Shown piece by piece: positions 46,824 to 55,898 of a DNA stretch of 64,000 nt (position 1 is its first letter; the number at the start of each line of letters is the position of its first letter). The stretch spans positions 316,659 to 380,658 of the forward strand of contig CAYOCJ010000002.1 of NCBI GenBank assembly GCA_964402565.1, written 5' to 3'. The stretch is from an uncultured Gammaproteobacteria bacterium. GTDB lineage: Bacteria > Patescibacteriota > Patescibacteriia > UBA1558 > 2-01-FULL-52-15. Made by a program: the position numbers and the translations under genes. A model generated the notes under the pieces. The model made no database searches. It was not told the DNA's origin and saw nothing but the letters and a program-made list of their open reading frames with translations.

Positions 46824-49250
46824 ATGCGTACAGCAAAGGTACTAAAGCCTTGGCGACATCAACGCCAAGCACAGCTTGCCATCACAGTAGCACGTGAGTC
46901 AGGCAAGCACGCCGGCCTCATGGTCATGGCAACGGGCTTAGGAAAAAATCTCACGGCAGCACTCGAGTATGAGAAGTTCAGAAGGTCAATGCTCCGTCGT
47001 GGCAAGCGAAGCCGATTGCTCTTCCTTGCACACCAGTCCCACATGCTCGATCAGGCGCGAGAAACTTACGAAATGCGCTTAGGTCGCAGGATCAGCTGCG
47101 GGATGTTTAACGATGTCTTCAAGGAGACAAAGGCAGACGCAGTTTTCGCAACATTCCAGAGCATGGATAAAGTGCTTTTCGGAAAGAAAGGAAAAAAGCG
47201 TCGACCCTTCGGAAGACATGGATTCGACTACGTCATCATCGATGAGTCGCATCACAGCCATGCACACACCTACCGACGGGTCATTCGCTACTTCAAGCCG
47301 CGTTTCACGTTGGCTATGACCGCGACACCTGACAGAGCAGATCTTCAGGACATACGCGATCTCTACGGCCCTGAGGTGTACTCACTCCCTCTCGAGGAAG
47401 GTCTTGCGCGAGGTTTGCTCGCGCCTGTGGACTATCGCCTCGTAACGGATGGATTGCACAAGCTAAGCATTCTCGACACACCGATCGGAAGATTGAGCGT
47501 CAAACGTTTGAACAAGACACTCTTTATTCCAAGGCGTGACGCCGAGATTGCAAAGATCATCCTCCAGCATGCACGGCGTCAGCCTGATGCACGTATGATG
47601 ATCTTCTGTCCTTCGATCAAGTATTGCACCCGTCTCGAACGACACTTACCGAATGCGGTTGCAATTCACTCGAGACTCACTGACAAGGAACAAGCCGATC
47701 GTCAGGCGAAGTTTCGGACAGGCGACTACACAACCGTTTTGACGGTGGACAAGTTCAACGAAGGGATTGATATCCCTGAGGCGAACATCATCGTCTTCCT
47801 TCGCTCCACAGCATCACGCAGGATTTTCCTGCAACAGCTCGGCCGCGGGCTTCGTAAGCTTCGTGGCAAGAGAAACGTCCTCGTCCTAGATTTCGCTGCA
47901 AACTGTGAGCGACTTCAAATGGTGAATACTCTCTGGCGTTCTGTCGACAAAATTAAGCGACAAAGCGCTGGGAAAACCAAGGACCGAGCTGTTTCAGTGG
48001 ACATCGGAAAGGTGAAGTTCTCGCATGTCGCGCAACGGATTCTCGATGTCTTGGGTCGCATCCAAGAAGGGTATACTCGAGAAGTGATCATTGCTCAGCT
48101 CAGAAGCCTTGGAAAACACCTCGATAGGACCCCAATGACAGACGATATCCGAGAGGCGTCTAAAAAAGGTTTGTGCGCAAATCCGACTACGATCTTACGA
48201 CATTTCGGCACCCTGCATGCTGCACTCAAGGCTGCTGGGTTCAGGCCAACACGAGGTTGGGGTGCGACCGAAGATGAGGTCAAGCTCCAAATCAAAGCAG
48301 TCGCTAAAGCACTTGGGCATACACCCACGATCGAAGAGTTGCGAGCCGCTTGGAGGAAAGGCGACATTGTTCACGAAGGCGTCATTCGACGCATCTTCGG
48401 AACTGTCACCGCTGCTTTCGAAGCTGTGGGCCTTGTTACTCGCAAGCCTAAGCACTACACCACAAGCGAGATCAAGAAACAGCTCAAGGAGATTCAAAGA
48501 ACAACTGGAAAAGCACCAACAAGAGCGGAAATAACGAATCGTCACGCAGCCGGTAAAGGTCCGAGTCTTCACATCGTGATCAAGCGCTTCGGCTCTTTCT
48601 CGAAAGCTCTTCTTGCGATAGGCACCCTCGCGACTAACATGATAAAGCCGGTCAAGGGGGGGAAAGCCCATCGTAAAGGCGAGGCCAGCAACAAGTTTGT
48701 GCTTGGCTGCCTCAAACGACTCGAGCGGAGCCTTGGTAGAATCCCTTCGAGAAAGGACGTTGATGTTGCTGCGCGAAAGGGCTTGTGTCTGAGTAGCTCT
48801 ACCTACGCTAAGCGATTCGGGTCTCTTACAGCGGCAAAAAAAGCTGCTGGGATCGAGATTGTTGTTGAGGTGAAGCGAACACGAAAACAACACATTCGCG
48901 ATTTGAAGCGACTCGCAAAGAAACTGGGTAGAACACCTTTCGTAGAGGATGTAAAAGCTGCCTACACGAGACACGAGTGTGGCAGCACATCCATGCTGTA
49001 TAAAGTCTTCGGGTCATTCAACAATGCGCTTGAAGAGGCTGGCCTCACCCCAAACCGAATCCACGAGTACACAGATCAAAGGCTCATCCATTCACTGCAG
49101 GAGCTTGGTCGCAAACTGGGGAGGCCACCGTATAGCATCGATGTAAACCGAGCAAGCAAAGAAAGCGGAGCCTTCCCGGGGCTAGGGCCATTCCTGAAAG
49201 CGTTCGGAACCTTCAGAAAAGCACGGGAGGCGGCGGGCTTCAAGGCCTGA
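46824..49250 (+). CDS. SF2 (ResIII-like) helicase with six homing-endonuclease-associated repeats
   Basis: MATGLGKN, DESH, TATP, EGIDIP, QQLGRGLR; six LG..P...FG....A...AG repeats. Confidence 0.88.
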   Translation: MRTAKVLKPWRHQRQAQLAITVARESGKHAGLMVMATGLGKNLTAALEYEKFRRSMLRRGKRSRLLFLAHQSHMLDQARETYEMRLGRRISCGMFNDVFKETKADAVFATFQSMDKVLFGKKGKKRRPFGRHGFDYVIIDESHHSHAHTYRRVIRYFKPRFTLAMTATPDRADLQDIRDLYGPEVYSLPLEEGLARGLLAPVDYRLVTDGLHKLSILDTPIGRLSVKRLNKTLFIPRRDAEIAKIILQHARRQPDARMMIFCPSIKYCTRLERHLPNAVAIHSRLTDKEQADRQAKFRTGDYTTVLTVDKFNEGIDIPEANIIVFLRSTASRRIFLQQLGRGLRKLRGKRNVLVLDFAANCERLQMVNTLWRSVDKIKRQSAGKTKDRAVSVDIGKVKFSHVAQRILDVLGRIQEGYTREVIIAQLRSLGKHLDRTPMTDDIREASKKGLCANPTTILRHFGTLHAALKAAGFRPTRGWGATEDEVKLQIKAVAKALGHTPTIEELRAAWRKGDIVHEGVIRRIFGTVTAAFEAVGLVTRKPKHYTTSEIKKQLKEIQRTTGKAPTRAEITNRHAAGKGPSLHIVIKRFGSFSKALLAIGTLATNMIKPVKGGKAHRKGEASNKFVLGCLKRLERSLGRIPSRKDVDVAARKGLCLSSSTYAKRFGSLTAAKKAAGIEIVVEVKRTRKQHIRDLKRLAKKLGRTPFVEDVKAAYTRHECGSTSMLYKVFGSFNNALEEAGLTPNRIHEYTDQRLIHSLQELGRKLGRPPYSIDVNRASKESGAFPGLGPFLKAFGTFRKAREAAGFKA

Positions 49251-49514
49251 CGCAAAGTGAATTTCTATCGGTACCTTCAAGAAGGCCAATCATTCGATTC
49301 AACATCGAGAGACTGGCCTTCTTTTTTTACAAAAAAGTTTCTCGAAACGCGAAAGGCCGCGCCTTTCACAGGCACGGCCTATTCGTCAACTTTCGATTTG
49401 GCTCCCAGCCTGCTGAACAAAATTCGAAATCCCGGCGGGGCGGTATATCCTCTTGCGCAGTATCATTTTGAGAGGTACTGTGCATCATACGATCTTTCAA
49501 ACACGGAGGAAACC

Positions 49515-50099
49515 ATGAGACTCTTTTGCGCATGCGTATTGTTTCTCGGACTTGCGGGGATCGGCAACGCTTTGGCGAGCGGCCAATGTTCACCGGCGCC
49601 GCTACCTCCGAAAGAGGAACGGACCGATGATTTCTGGAAGGGGTATTTGAAAGAAAACCTCACCAACTGTTACGGTGAGCTGCATCCGCAAATCAACGCA
49701 TCAGTCATTGGCATTGAGCCCACTGATTGGATTTCATCAAACTGGTGCCCATTGACATGTGCTATTATCATGAGCAGGCCCTTCCTTGATTCTACGGATG
49801 AGCCATATGAAATTCTCTTTGTGCTTGGCCATGAGGCCGGGCATATTGCTCTCAGCGGGAGGGACTTTGCTCATGCGATTGGCCTCGAGGAAGTCGAATA
49901 TGCCGCAGACCTCATTGCCGTACAGGCTATTCCATCTGGAGCCTGCCATGGCGCTCGGGCATTGCAGTGGATATACGATGCGGCATCGAAATCAAAAGCA
50001 CTACCGCCTGAAGCTAGGCAAAAAGTGTTGGAGGAAATACGACAGCGGAGAAAGGCTCTCTTAGCCAAATGTGCAGTAGACGCGGTATTAGTCAAATGA
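49515..50099 (+). CDS. Secreted M48-like zinc metallopeptidase
   Basis: Signal peptide; INA, HEAGH, EY.AD; GGAGG SD. Confidence 0.75.
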   Translation: MRLFCACVLFLGLAGIGNALASGQCSPAPLPPKEERTDDFWKGYLKENLTNCYGELHPQINASVIGIEPTDWISSNWCPLTCAIIMSRPFLDSTDEPYEILFVLGHEAGHIALSGRDFAHAIGLEEVEYAADLIAVQAIPSGACHGARALQWIYDAASKSKALPPEARQKVLEEIRQRRKALLAKCAVDAVLVK

Positions 50100-50193
50100 A
50101 AAAATCTAGAGGGATTTACACAATCCCTCTTTTTTTACTTATCGAATGTAGTGTGCGATATGATCTACTCAAAAAGATTTGCTCGAAGCTACA

Positions 50194-50482
50194 TTATGGC
50201 GACTGGATTTTTTCATGGTTCCGCCCATTCGGCAAGCTCAGGGCGTCGCAAAAAAGATAAAACCGCCAGAAGAAATCTGACGGTTTTATCTTGGCTCCGC
50301 GAGTCGGATTCCGCTTCGCTAGACCCTTTCTGATTTCCCCCGACCCCCATCTCGGACACCTTCGATTTCCGACGCTCGTTACACTCGCTGCCTTCCACCC
50401 ACGGGGGAAATCCGGTTCGAATCCTCTGAAAATCCAAATCAATGAAAAAATCCACTCACCTTATGGCGACTGGATTTTTTCA
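50194..50482 (-). repeat. Stacked tRNA-Asn 3'-anchored mini-elements
   Basis: 20-nt tRNA 3' copy 50292-50311; 31-nt repeat 50194-50224 vs 50461-50491; hairpins; GGTTCGAATCC 50414-50424. Confidence 0.75.
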
Positions 50483-50557
50483 TGGCTCCGCGAGTCGGAT
50501 TCGAACCGACGACCCATTGGTTAACAGCCAATTGCTCTACCGCTGAGCTATCGCGGA
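50483..50557 (-). tRNA. tRNA-Asn(GTT)
   Basis: ATTGG-CTGTTAA-CCAAT; GGTTCGAATCC; CCA. Confidence 0.97.
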
Positions 50558-50607
50558 ATGAATGCGCGAATCATTGTAAATGTTCTTGACTCCGAAGTCA
50601 ACCCGTC

Positions 50608-50823
50608 TTATCGCGTTAGCCGGCCCCATGAAAAAGCGTTCCATACGCGTTCATGGAAATAATACAGAACAGCGCTGCCGAGATTCGTTGCGATAATGAC
50701 GCCTACGGTCGCATCGACCCGATGCGTGAACAGATATACGATCGTGAAATCTGAAATGATGATCACAATACGGTACGTAATGGATTTTGCGATGGATCGC
50801 TTGTGCCGTTCGAAATGAAACAT
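50608..50823 (-). CDS. DUF2061 family protein
   Basis: RS..KSITYR, YYFHERVW. Confidence 0.88.
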   Translation of the reverse strand: MFHFERHKRSIAKSITYRIVIIISDFTIVYLFTHRVDATVGVIIATNLGSAVLYYFHERVWNAFSWGRLTR

Positions 50824-50826
50824 AGA

Positions 50827-51525
50827 TTATCGAAAGAGGTTAAATTTTATAATTGCTGCCATGGCGCTGATGCCGTCTTTCCAGTTGATTTTCTTGCCTT
50901 CGGCATAGGTTCTGCCGCTGTACGAAATGCCTACTTCAAATATCCTGAGCTTCTGTTTTGCGATCATGGCCGTCAGTTCTACTTCAATGGTGAATCGATT
51001 GGATGTCAGCTTTGATTTGATCGAATCAAGCGCTTTCTTCGTGAAGACCTTATAGCAGGTTTCCATATCGCTGACATTCAGGTTGGTGAACATATTCGAC
51101 AGCAGAGTCAAAAAGCGATTGCCGACCTGATGCCAGAAATAGAGGACGCGATGCGGGCCTGAACCGGTAAACCGGGAACCATAGACAACATCTGCACGGC
51201 CATCAATCAAAGGAGCGAGGAGAGTTGGGTATTCATTTGGGTCATATTCGAGATCTGCGTCCTGTATCAGAATGAAATCGCCAGTGGCCAGATCAAATCC
51301 CTTGCGGACCGCAGCGCCCTTGCCCTGATTTTTTTCCTGATAATGCACGCGGGCCACGCGCGATTCAAGTTTCTTGAGCTCGTCGGACGTTCCATCGGTC
51401 GAATGGTCATCAATAATAATGATCTCTTGTGTCAGATTAGGCAGCTGCACAGCAGACACGCGGTCGACGAGATGCGCGATCGTATCTTTTTCATTAAAGA
51501 CCGGAATGATGATCGAAAGTTTCAT
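50827..51525 (-). CDS. Glycosyltransferase family 2 (polyprenol-phosphate type)
   Basis: IIPVFNE, DD.STDGT, NQGKGAA, QDADLEY, D.ETCYK. Confidence 0.94.
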   Translation of the reverse strand: MKLSIIIPVFNEKDTIAHLVDRVSAVQLPNLTQEIIIIDDHSTDGTSDELKKLESRVARVHYQEKNQGKGAAVRKGFDLATGDFILIQDADLEYDPNEYPTLLAPLIDGRADVVYGSRFTGSGPHRVLYFWHQVGNRFLTLLSNMFTNLNVSDMETCYKVFTKKALDSIKSKLTSNRFTIEVELTAMIAKQKLRIFEVGISYSGRTYAEGKKINWKDGISAMAAIIKFNLFR

Positions 51526-52934
51526 GCAGTATGTTTTGATCGCACCGGCCGCAAACCCGTCATGCAGATCGTTTGGATGGCGAATAGTGCAATGATGCTG
51601 TTAATAGGAAAACGGAATCGTGCATTTACCGCTAAACCATCGCTCAGGGTCGTCAGTGCAAAATATCCGATGAGAAGTATGCAGCAGACAGCCAGCGGGT
51701 CAAATGTTTTTTTGATGCACCGGTATAGGATACCCCATATGCATAGGGCTGCAAGTGCGAACCATATGATCCGCAGCAACACAACGATCCATAACAGGGG
51801 TGATTTCGCAAAAAGTGAAAATGCATGAAATGCTGAAGACATGGTCGGATCGGTTAGTGCAGTCCGTATCTCGCTACTGACAGATTTTTCGACATGCAAG
51901 CCGACGATACTTCCAAGATCGATCATGCCGTCATGCGTTGCAAATGTGGCGCTATTCACAAGAAAGACTTTAAAGAGCGCATAGGGATAGGGGCGTATCG
52001 CCGCGATCGCATCGTTTCTAAATTGTTTTGCATCGGCTGTGGAGATCGAGGGCTGTGCGCTCAAACCATGTGCATGATAAAAATCTAAGGTGGCCGTCTT
52101 TTCGTCTATGTGATTCTGTACGGCAAGCACGGACGGAGCAAGCTCTATATACAGCGCAGCTTCTTTGATAGAGGAAAATGACCCGACGCCATAGACGCGC
52201 ATATTCCGCAATGACCATGGTATGACGCAAAGCAGGAAGACTGCAATACCTGTGGCAGCTGCAATCAACGCTCGTTTATTTCTGAAGCTCCTTGCCAAGA
52301 AAAAAGGCAGGATCAGGATCGGCATATAGAAGGTCGTTGGCCTGAATACGGCTGTGCAACCGAGCATGAGGCCGGCTAATGCAGCAGCACGCGTCAATGC
52401 ATGCGTCTCGCCCGACCGTACCATAGAGATAATCTTCTGAATAAGCAGGAAAAAAAGCAGCAAGGCGAAGGTAAAGAAAGTCTCGGTCAGAATTTTCACC
52501 GAAAGAAGAATGCCGCCAGGTTCAAATGCGAAAAGAAAACCGACGATGGTAGAAATTTTTTCAGGGACTCCGCCATTCAGCAGGATGCGCCTTGTCAGGA
52601 CCGGGAGTGTACTGCCGACGATGATCTGCAAGACCACGAACAGCCATGCGCCATTCGGCAGCATCATAAAAGGCGCCAGCAAGAGCGGCAAACCAGGAGA
52701 GCGGTAGGTATCCAAAAAAAAGGGAGCTTCGCTTGCATACGAATAGCCATTTCCTCGCACGAGGTTGTCGGCGATCTCATAGTAGCCGTCTTCGTGCTGT
52801 AATCCAAGAGAATGCGCTGAGATGATGAGCACGATCAAGCGAATGACAAGCGCTATGCCGAAAATAAAAAAAACAGCCCTTTTATTCTGACGTCCGCTTC
52901 CGGTTTGATCTGCGTGTGTAGAGGGCTGATCCAT
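51522..52934 (-). CDS. GT-C (ArnT/PMT-like) membrane glycosyltransferase
   Basis: Y..IA.N...G.GY, R.PG.P, LTE, PW..RN, R.R.P; many TM. Confidence 0.8.
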   Translation of the reverse strand: MDQPSTHADQTGSGRQNKRAVFFIFGIALVIRLIVLIISAHSLGLQHEDGYYEIADNLVRGNGYSYASEAPFFLDTYRSPGLPLLLAPFMMLPNGAWLFVVLQIIVGSTLPVLTRRILLNGGVPEKISTIVGFLFAFEPGGILLSVKILTETFFTFALLLFFLLIQKIISMVRSGETHALTRAAALAGLMLGCTAVFRPTTFYMPILILPFFLARSFRNKRALIAAATGIAVFLLCVIPWSLRNMRVYGVGSFSSIKEAALYIELAPSVLAVQNHIDEKTATLDFYHAHGLSAQPSISTADAKQFRNDAIAAIRPYPYALFKVFLVNSATFATHDGMIDLGSIVGLHVEKSVSSEIRTALTDPTMSSAFHAFSLFAKSPLLWIVVLLRIIWFALAALCIWGILYRCIKKTFDPLAVCCILLIGYFALTTLSDGLAVNARFRFPINSIIALFAIQTICMTGLRPVRSKHTA

Positions 52935-52967
52935 TGATCCTAAATATCGGCTAAAGTTCTCTAGAAA

Positions 52968-53044
52968 TGGTCGGGGTGACCCGACTTGAACGGGCGACCT
53001 CATGCACCCCATGCATGCGCGCTAGCCAACTGCGCCACACCCCG
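52968..53044 (-). tRNA. tRNA-Pro(GGG)
   Basis: CATGC-ATGGGGT-GCATG; CCA. Confidence 0.96.
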
Positions 53045-53070
53045 TAACATAGTGATATGAATTGAAAGCT

Positions 53071-53155
53071 TGGTGCCGGAGGAGGGACTCGAACCCTCAA
53101 ACCTTTCGGTACACGATTTTGAGTCGTGCGTGTATACCAGTTTCACCACTCCGGC
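53071..53155 (-). tRNA. tRNA-Leu(CAA)
   Basis: CACGA-CTCAAAA-TCGTG; long variable arm; CCA. Confidence 0.96.
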
Positions 53156-53235
53156 ATTTTTTATCGGATTGTACTATACCGAGTTGGATGCGCAAAGTCA
53201 ATATCTATAAGCAAAACATGCTATAGTATATAGGT

Positions 53236-54336
53236 ATGAAGATACATCGATCGAAACGCCTCTTTCTGTTGCTGGCCATAGAAATTATAGGCATCAGTAT
53301 TTTTTTTATAGCCGTGAAGCCTGAGCGCGAAAAATTGCAAAAACATATAGCAGATGTGATCACTTCATTGCAGCCGATGCTGGGAGCCGGTGCACCAGGT
53401 ATTTGCCCGGGAACCAAGGGAGTTCAGAAATTCAATTGCTATCAGGCATTCTATGAAAATCTCACTCGAGAGAAGGGTGCTGCTGTTGCATTCCAGGATC
53501 TGAAGCAGCGGTATGTAGTTGATCCGTATGCCCATAGCCAATGTCATCAGCTCACGCATGCCATAGGACATGGGGCATTGCAGGATAGTGCAAGCCTTGC
53601 AGATACCTTTGCGCATGGAGACAGCTTTTGCTGGTCCGGTTATTATCACGGCGTCATGGAGGAAGTCGTCGAGAAGATCGGCATAGAAGCATTACCGGAG
53701 CAGTTGAATACGATTTGTGCTCCCATGAAAAAAGGAAGCACGCAGGATTTTTATTACTATAATTGCGTGCATGGTCTTGGGCATGGCGTCATGGCTATCA
53801 AAAATAATGAGCTCTTTGATGCATTAGCTCTGTGCGGAAAACTCAGTGATAGATGGGATCAAGAAGCATGCTCGGGCGGAGTCTTTATGGAAAATGTCAT
53901 GCTGGACACTCGTGAAGAAGGGACAAAATATTTGCATCCGGATGATCCGGTATATCCGTGCAATGATGTCGAGGAAAAATATAAACCGCAATGCTATGTC
54001 ATGCAGACTTCGTATATGATGTCGGTACTGCAAAGGGATTTTTCGAAAGTGTTTGCACTCTGTGCAACGGTATCGGAGCGATATCAGGACATATGCTATG
54101 AAGGAGTTGGACGCGATGCGTCAGGACAGACGTTGAGCTCTATCGATGAGACCGTGAAGCTCTGTAATTTGGGCACCACTCGTATGCAGCGGGAGCATTG
54201 CATGATAGGAGCGGTAAAAGATTTTGTTTCGTATTATCATTCAGACACAGAAGCAAATAAACTATGCTATGCGGTGCAGCACGATCTGCTCGATAGCTGT
54301 CTGACGACTGTGAAGGCGTACTATAAACTTTTTTAG
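53236..54336 (+). CDS. Membrane-anchored Cys/His-rich helical repeat protein
   Basis: CHQLTHAIGH, CWSGYYHG, CVHGLGHG, CSGGVFMEN, CYEGVG. Confidence 0.8.
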   Translation: MKIHRSKRLFLLLAIEIIGISIFFIAVKPEREKLQKHIADVITSLQPMLGAGAPGICPGTKGVQKFNCYQAFYENLTREKGAAVAFQDLKQRYVVDPYAHSQCHQLTHAIGHGALQDSASLADTFAHGDSFCWSGYYHGVMEEVVEKIGIEALPEQLNTICAPMKKGSTQDFYYYNCVHGLGHGVMAIKNNELFDALALCGKLSDRWDQEACSGGVFMENVMLDTREEGTKYLHPDDPVYPCNDVEEKYKPQCYVMQTSYMMSVLQRDFSKVFALCATVSERYQDICYEGVGRDASGQTLSSIDETVKLCNLGTTRMQREHCMIGAVKDFVSYYHSDTEANKLCYAVQHDLLDSCLTTVKAYYKLF

Positions 54337-54426
54337 AGATGAGAGAACATGTTGAATAGAGAACCTATCAATTTTTTAGCAGAATGTCAAAATTGCCCTT
54401 TCTGATACTTTTGTTACCATAGGTGT

Positions 54427-54864
54427 ATGCAACACCCAAAAACTGTTTCAGAATATATAGCGCATGCCCCGAAGGAGCAGCGTACTCGGCTCCGAACAAT
54501 TCGAGCCGCGATCAAAAAAGCCGCGCCGAAAGCAGAGGAGAAGATAAGTTATGGCATGCCCTACTATGGTTTGTATGGGCGACTTGCATATTTTGCTGCA
54601 GCGAAAAAACATGTAGGTTTGTATCTGATGCCGCCCATGATCGCAGAGCACAAAAAAGAGCTGAAGAATTACGAAACTTCAACCGCGACCATTCAATTTC
54701 CAAATGATAAACCACTGCCCATCCCGCTGATCAAAAAACTTTTGAAGTCTGCGGTAGAAAAAAATGTGAAAAAGGCTCTGCGTATATGCTCTCGCGGGCA
54801 TGAGTTCATGGCACCTGGACCATGTCCTGTATGCTGGCCGGGACGCCTCAAGAAAAAGAAATAA
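54427..54864 (+). CDS. DUF1801 (YdhG-like) protein with C-terminal Cys/His motif
   Basis: E.ISYGMP, H.GLY, TIQFP; CSRGH...CPVC. Confidence 0.88.
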   Translation: MQHPKTVSEYIAHAPKEQRTRLRTIRAAIKKAAPKAEEKISYGMPYYGLYGRLAYFAAAKKHVGLYLMPPMIAEHKKELKNYETSTATIQFPNDKPLPIPLIKKLLKSAVEKNVKKALRICSRGHEFMAPGPCPVCWPGRLKKKK

Positions 54865-54872
54865 CCGCACCG

Positions 54873-55286
54873 ATGAAAACCTTTTTGATCGACGCAGTAT
54901 ACTGTTTTATTGTCGAGAGCAAAGGCGGTTTTAGTATTTTTATTGAAATGTATGAGTTACTTGAGAGTTATCCGAACCGAAAAATTTTACTCACTGGCGC
55001 GCGCGATGAGGATATCGAGAGATATGGATTAGACAAGGTGCCGTATGAATATTTTACGTTGAAATCCGATCCCAAAAAATCAAACCCCGAATACTATACG
55101 ACGATGCTCAGGCATTTCCATATGAAACCGGATGATGTCGTGTATGTCGAGCATAATCCCGATGCCGTTGAGAGCGCACGTTCTGTGGGGATTGAAACGT
55201 ATCTCTATGATCGCGAGAAAAAAGATCTGGATGCTTTGGAAAAGTTTTTATCCTCTTTGAAAGATGAGACAGTGAACGTGCTCTAG
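54873..55286 (+). CDS. HAD-like hydrolase
   Basis: LIDAV, LT, PKKSNPEYY, YVEHN...V.SA. Confidence 0.75.
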   Translation: MKTFLIDAVYCFIVESKGGFSIFIEMYELLESYPNRKILLTGARDEDIERYGLDKVPYEYFTLKSDPKKSNPEYYTTMLRHFHMKPDDVVYVEHNPDAVESARSVGIETYLYDREKKDLDALEKFLSSLKDETVNVL

Positions 55287-55301
55287 CTCAGGAACGAGTA
55301 T

Positions 55302-55346
55302 AAAAAGAAAACGGCCCCGGTCCACACGTTCGTGTGGCCGGGGCCG
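55302..55346 (-). terminator. Terminator hairpin, copy 1 of a 45-bp direct repeat
   Basis: 43/45 identical to 58188-58232. Confidence 0.85.
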
Positions 55347-55363
55347 GGGATGAGGAAGGAAAA

Positions 55364-55684
55364 TTACTCCATCGTCTTGAAGGCTCGGTAGATGAGCCCT
55401 GACCAGAACGATGAAAGCGTCACGATCGCAAAGACCGCGACGATGTAATCGATGAATCGGGATTGTTCGAAGAGAACTGGACGGTAGAGGATCACTGCTA
55501 GTAGTGAGAGCCAGTGGCTCGTACAATACGGGCAGTTCACGAGTTTACCGAGCCAGGTGCTGATGCGCTCGATCAGCGAGCGGAATCCCTCGAAGATCGG
55601 AGATTTCGCTGTGGTCATCGAGATCGAGGACACAGACAGGGAAAGGACTAGTATCTTGAGGAAGTGCATGAAAGTTTCGTTCAT
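55364..55684 (-). CDS. DUF1360-like small membrane protein with CPYC
   Basis: IFE.FR, L..LVNCPYC.S.W; 3 TM; AAGGAG SD. Confidence 0.7.
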   Translation of the reverse strand: MNETFMHFLKILVLSLSVSSISMTTAKSPIFEGFRSLIERISTWLGKLVNCPYCTSHWLSLLAVILYRPVLFEQSRFIDYIVAVFAIVTLSSFWSGLIYRAFKTME

Positions 55685-55697
55685 CCTTACTCCTTCA

Positions 55698-55889
55698 TCA
55701 GCGGAAACAGAAGCAGCCCCTGAGGGGTCTGTCTGCCTTGTCCTTGGTATCGTTCAGGACGGCGTCGATGGATTCGAGGGCTTGATCGATGGATGGCAGC
55801 GAAGTATCGAGGCTTGTCGGATCAAGCACCGACTCTTTCCCGCTTCCCGCAGGACGTTGGGTTTTCTTTTTCTTGCGTTCCTGTTCCAT
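55698..55889 (-). CDS. Pup-like 63-aa protein with Cys tail
   Basis: MEQERK start, disordered half, IDQALESIDAVL helix, ends GCFCFR; GAGG SD; directly after the ARC-like ATPase. Confidence 0.6.
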   Translation of the reverse strand: MEQERKKKKTQRPAGSGKESVLDPTSLDTSLPSIDQALESIDAVLNDTKDKADRPLRGCFCFR

Positions 55890-55898
55890 GTCGTCCTC

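Noticed and set aside
45400-50482. tRNA-Asn-anchored genomic island or prophage
   Set aside because: The tRNA-end duplicates lie within 300 bp of the tRNA; no distal att copy, integrase or phage gene was found.
50194-50491. Possible CRISPR array
   Set aside because: Only two or three unequal repeats derived from the tRNA end, irregular spacing, no cas genes.
50069-50524. Several short ORFs with repeated peptides (YGDWIFSW, WLRESDS)
   Set aside because: Translations of the tRNA-Asn 3'-end repeats, not genes.
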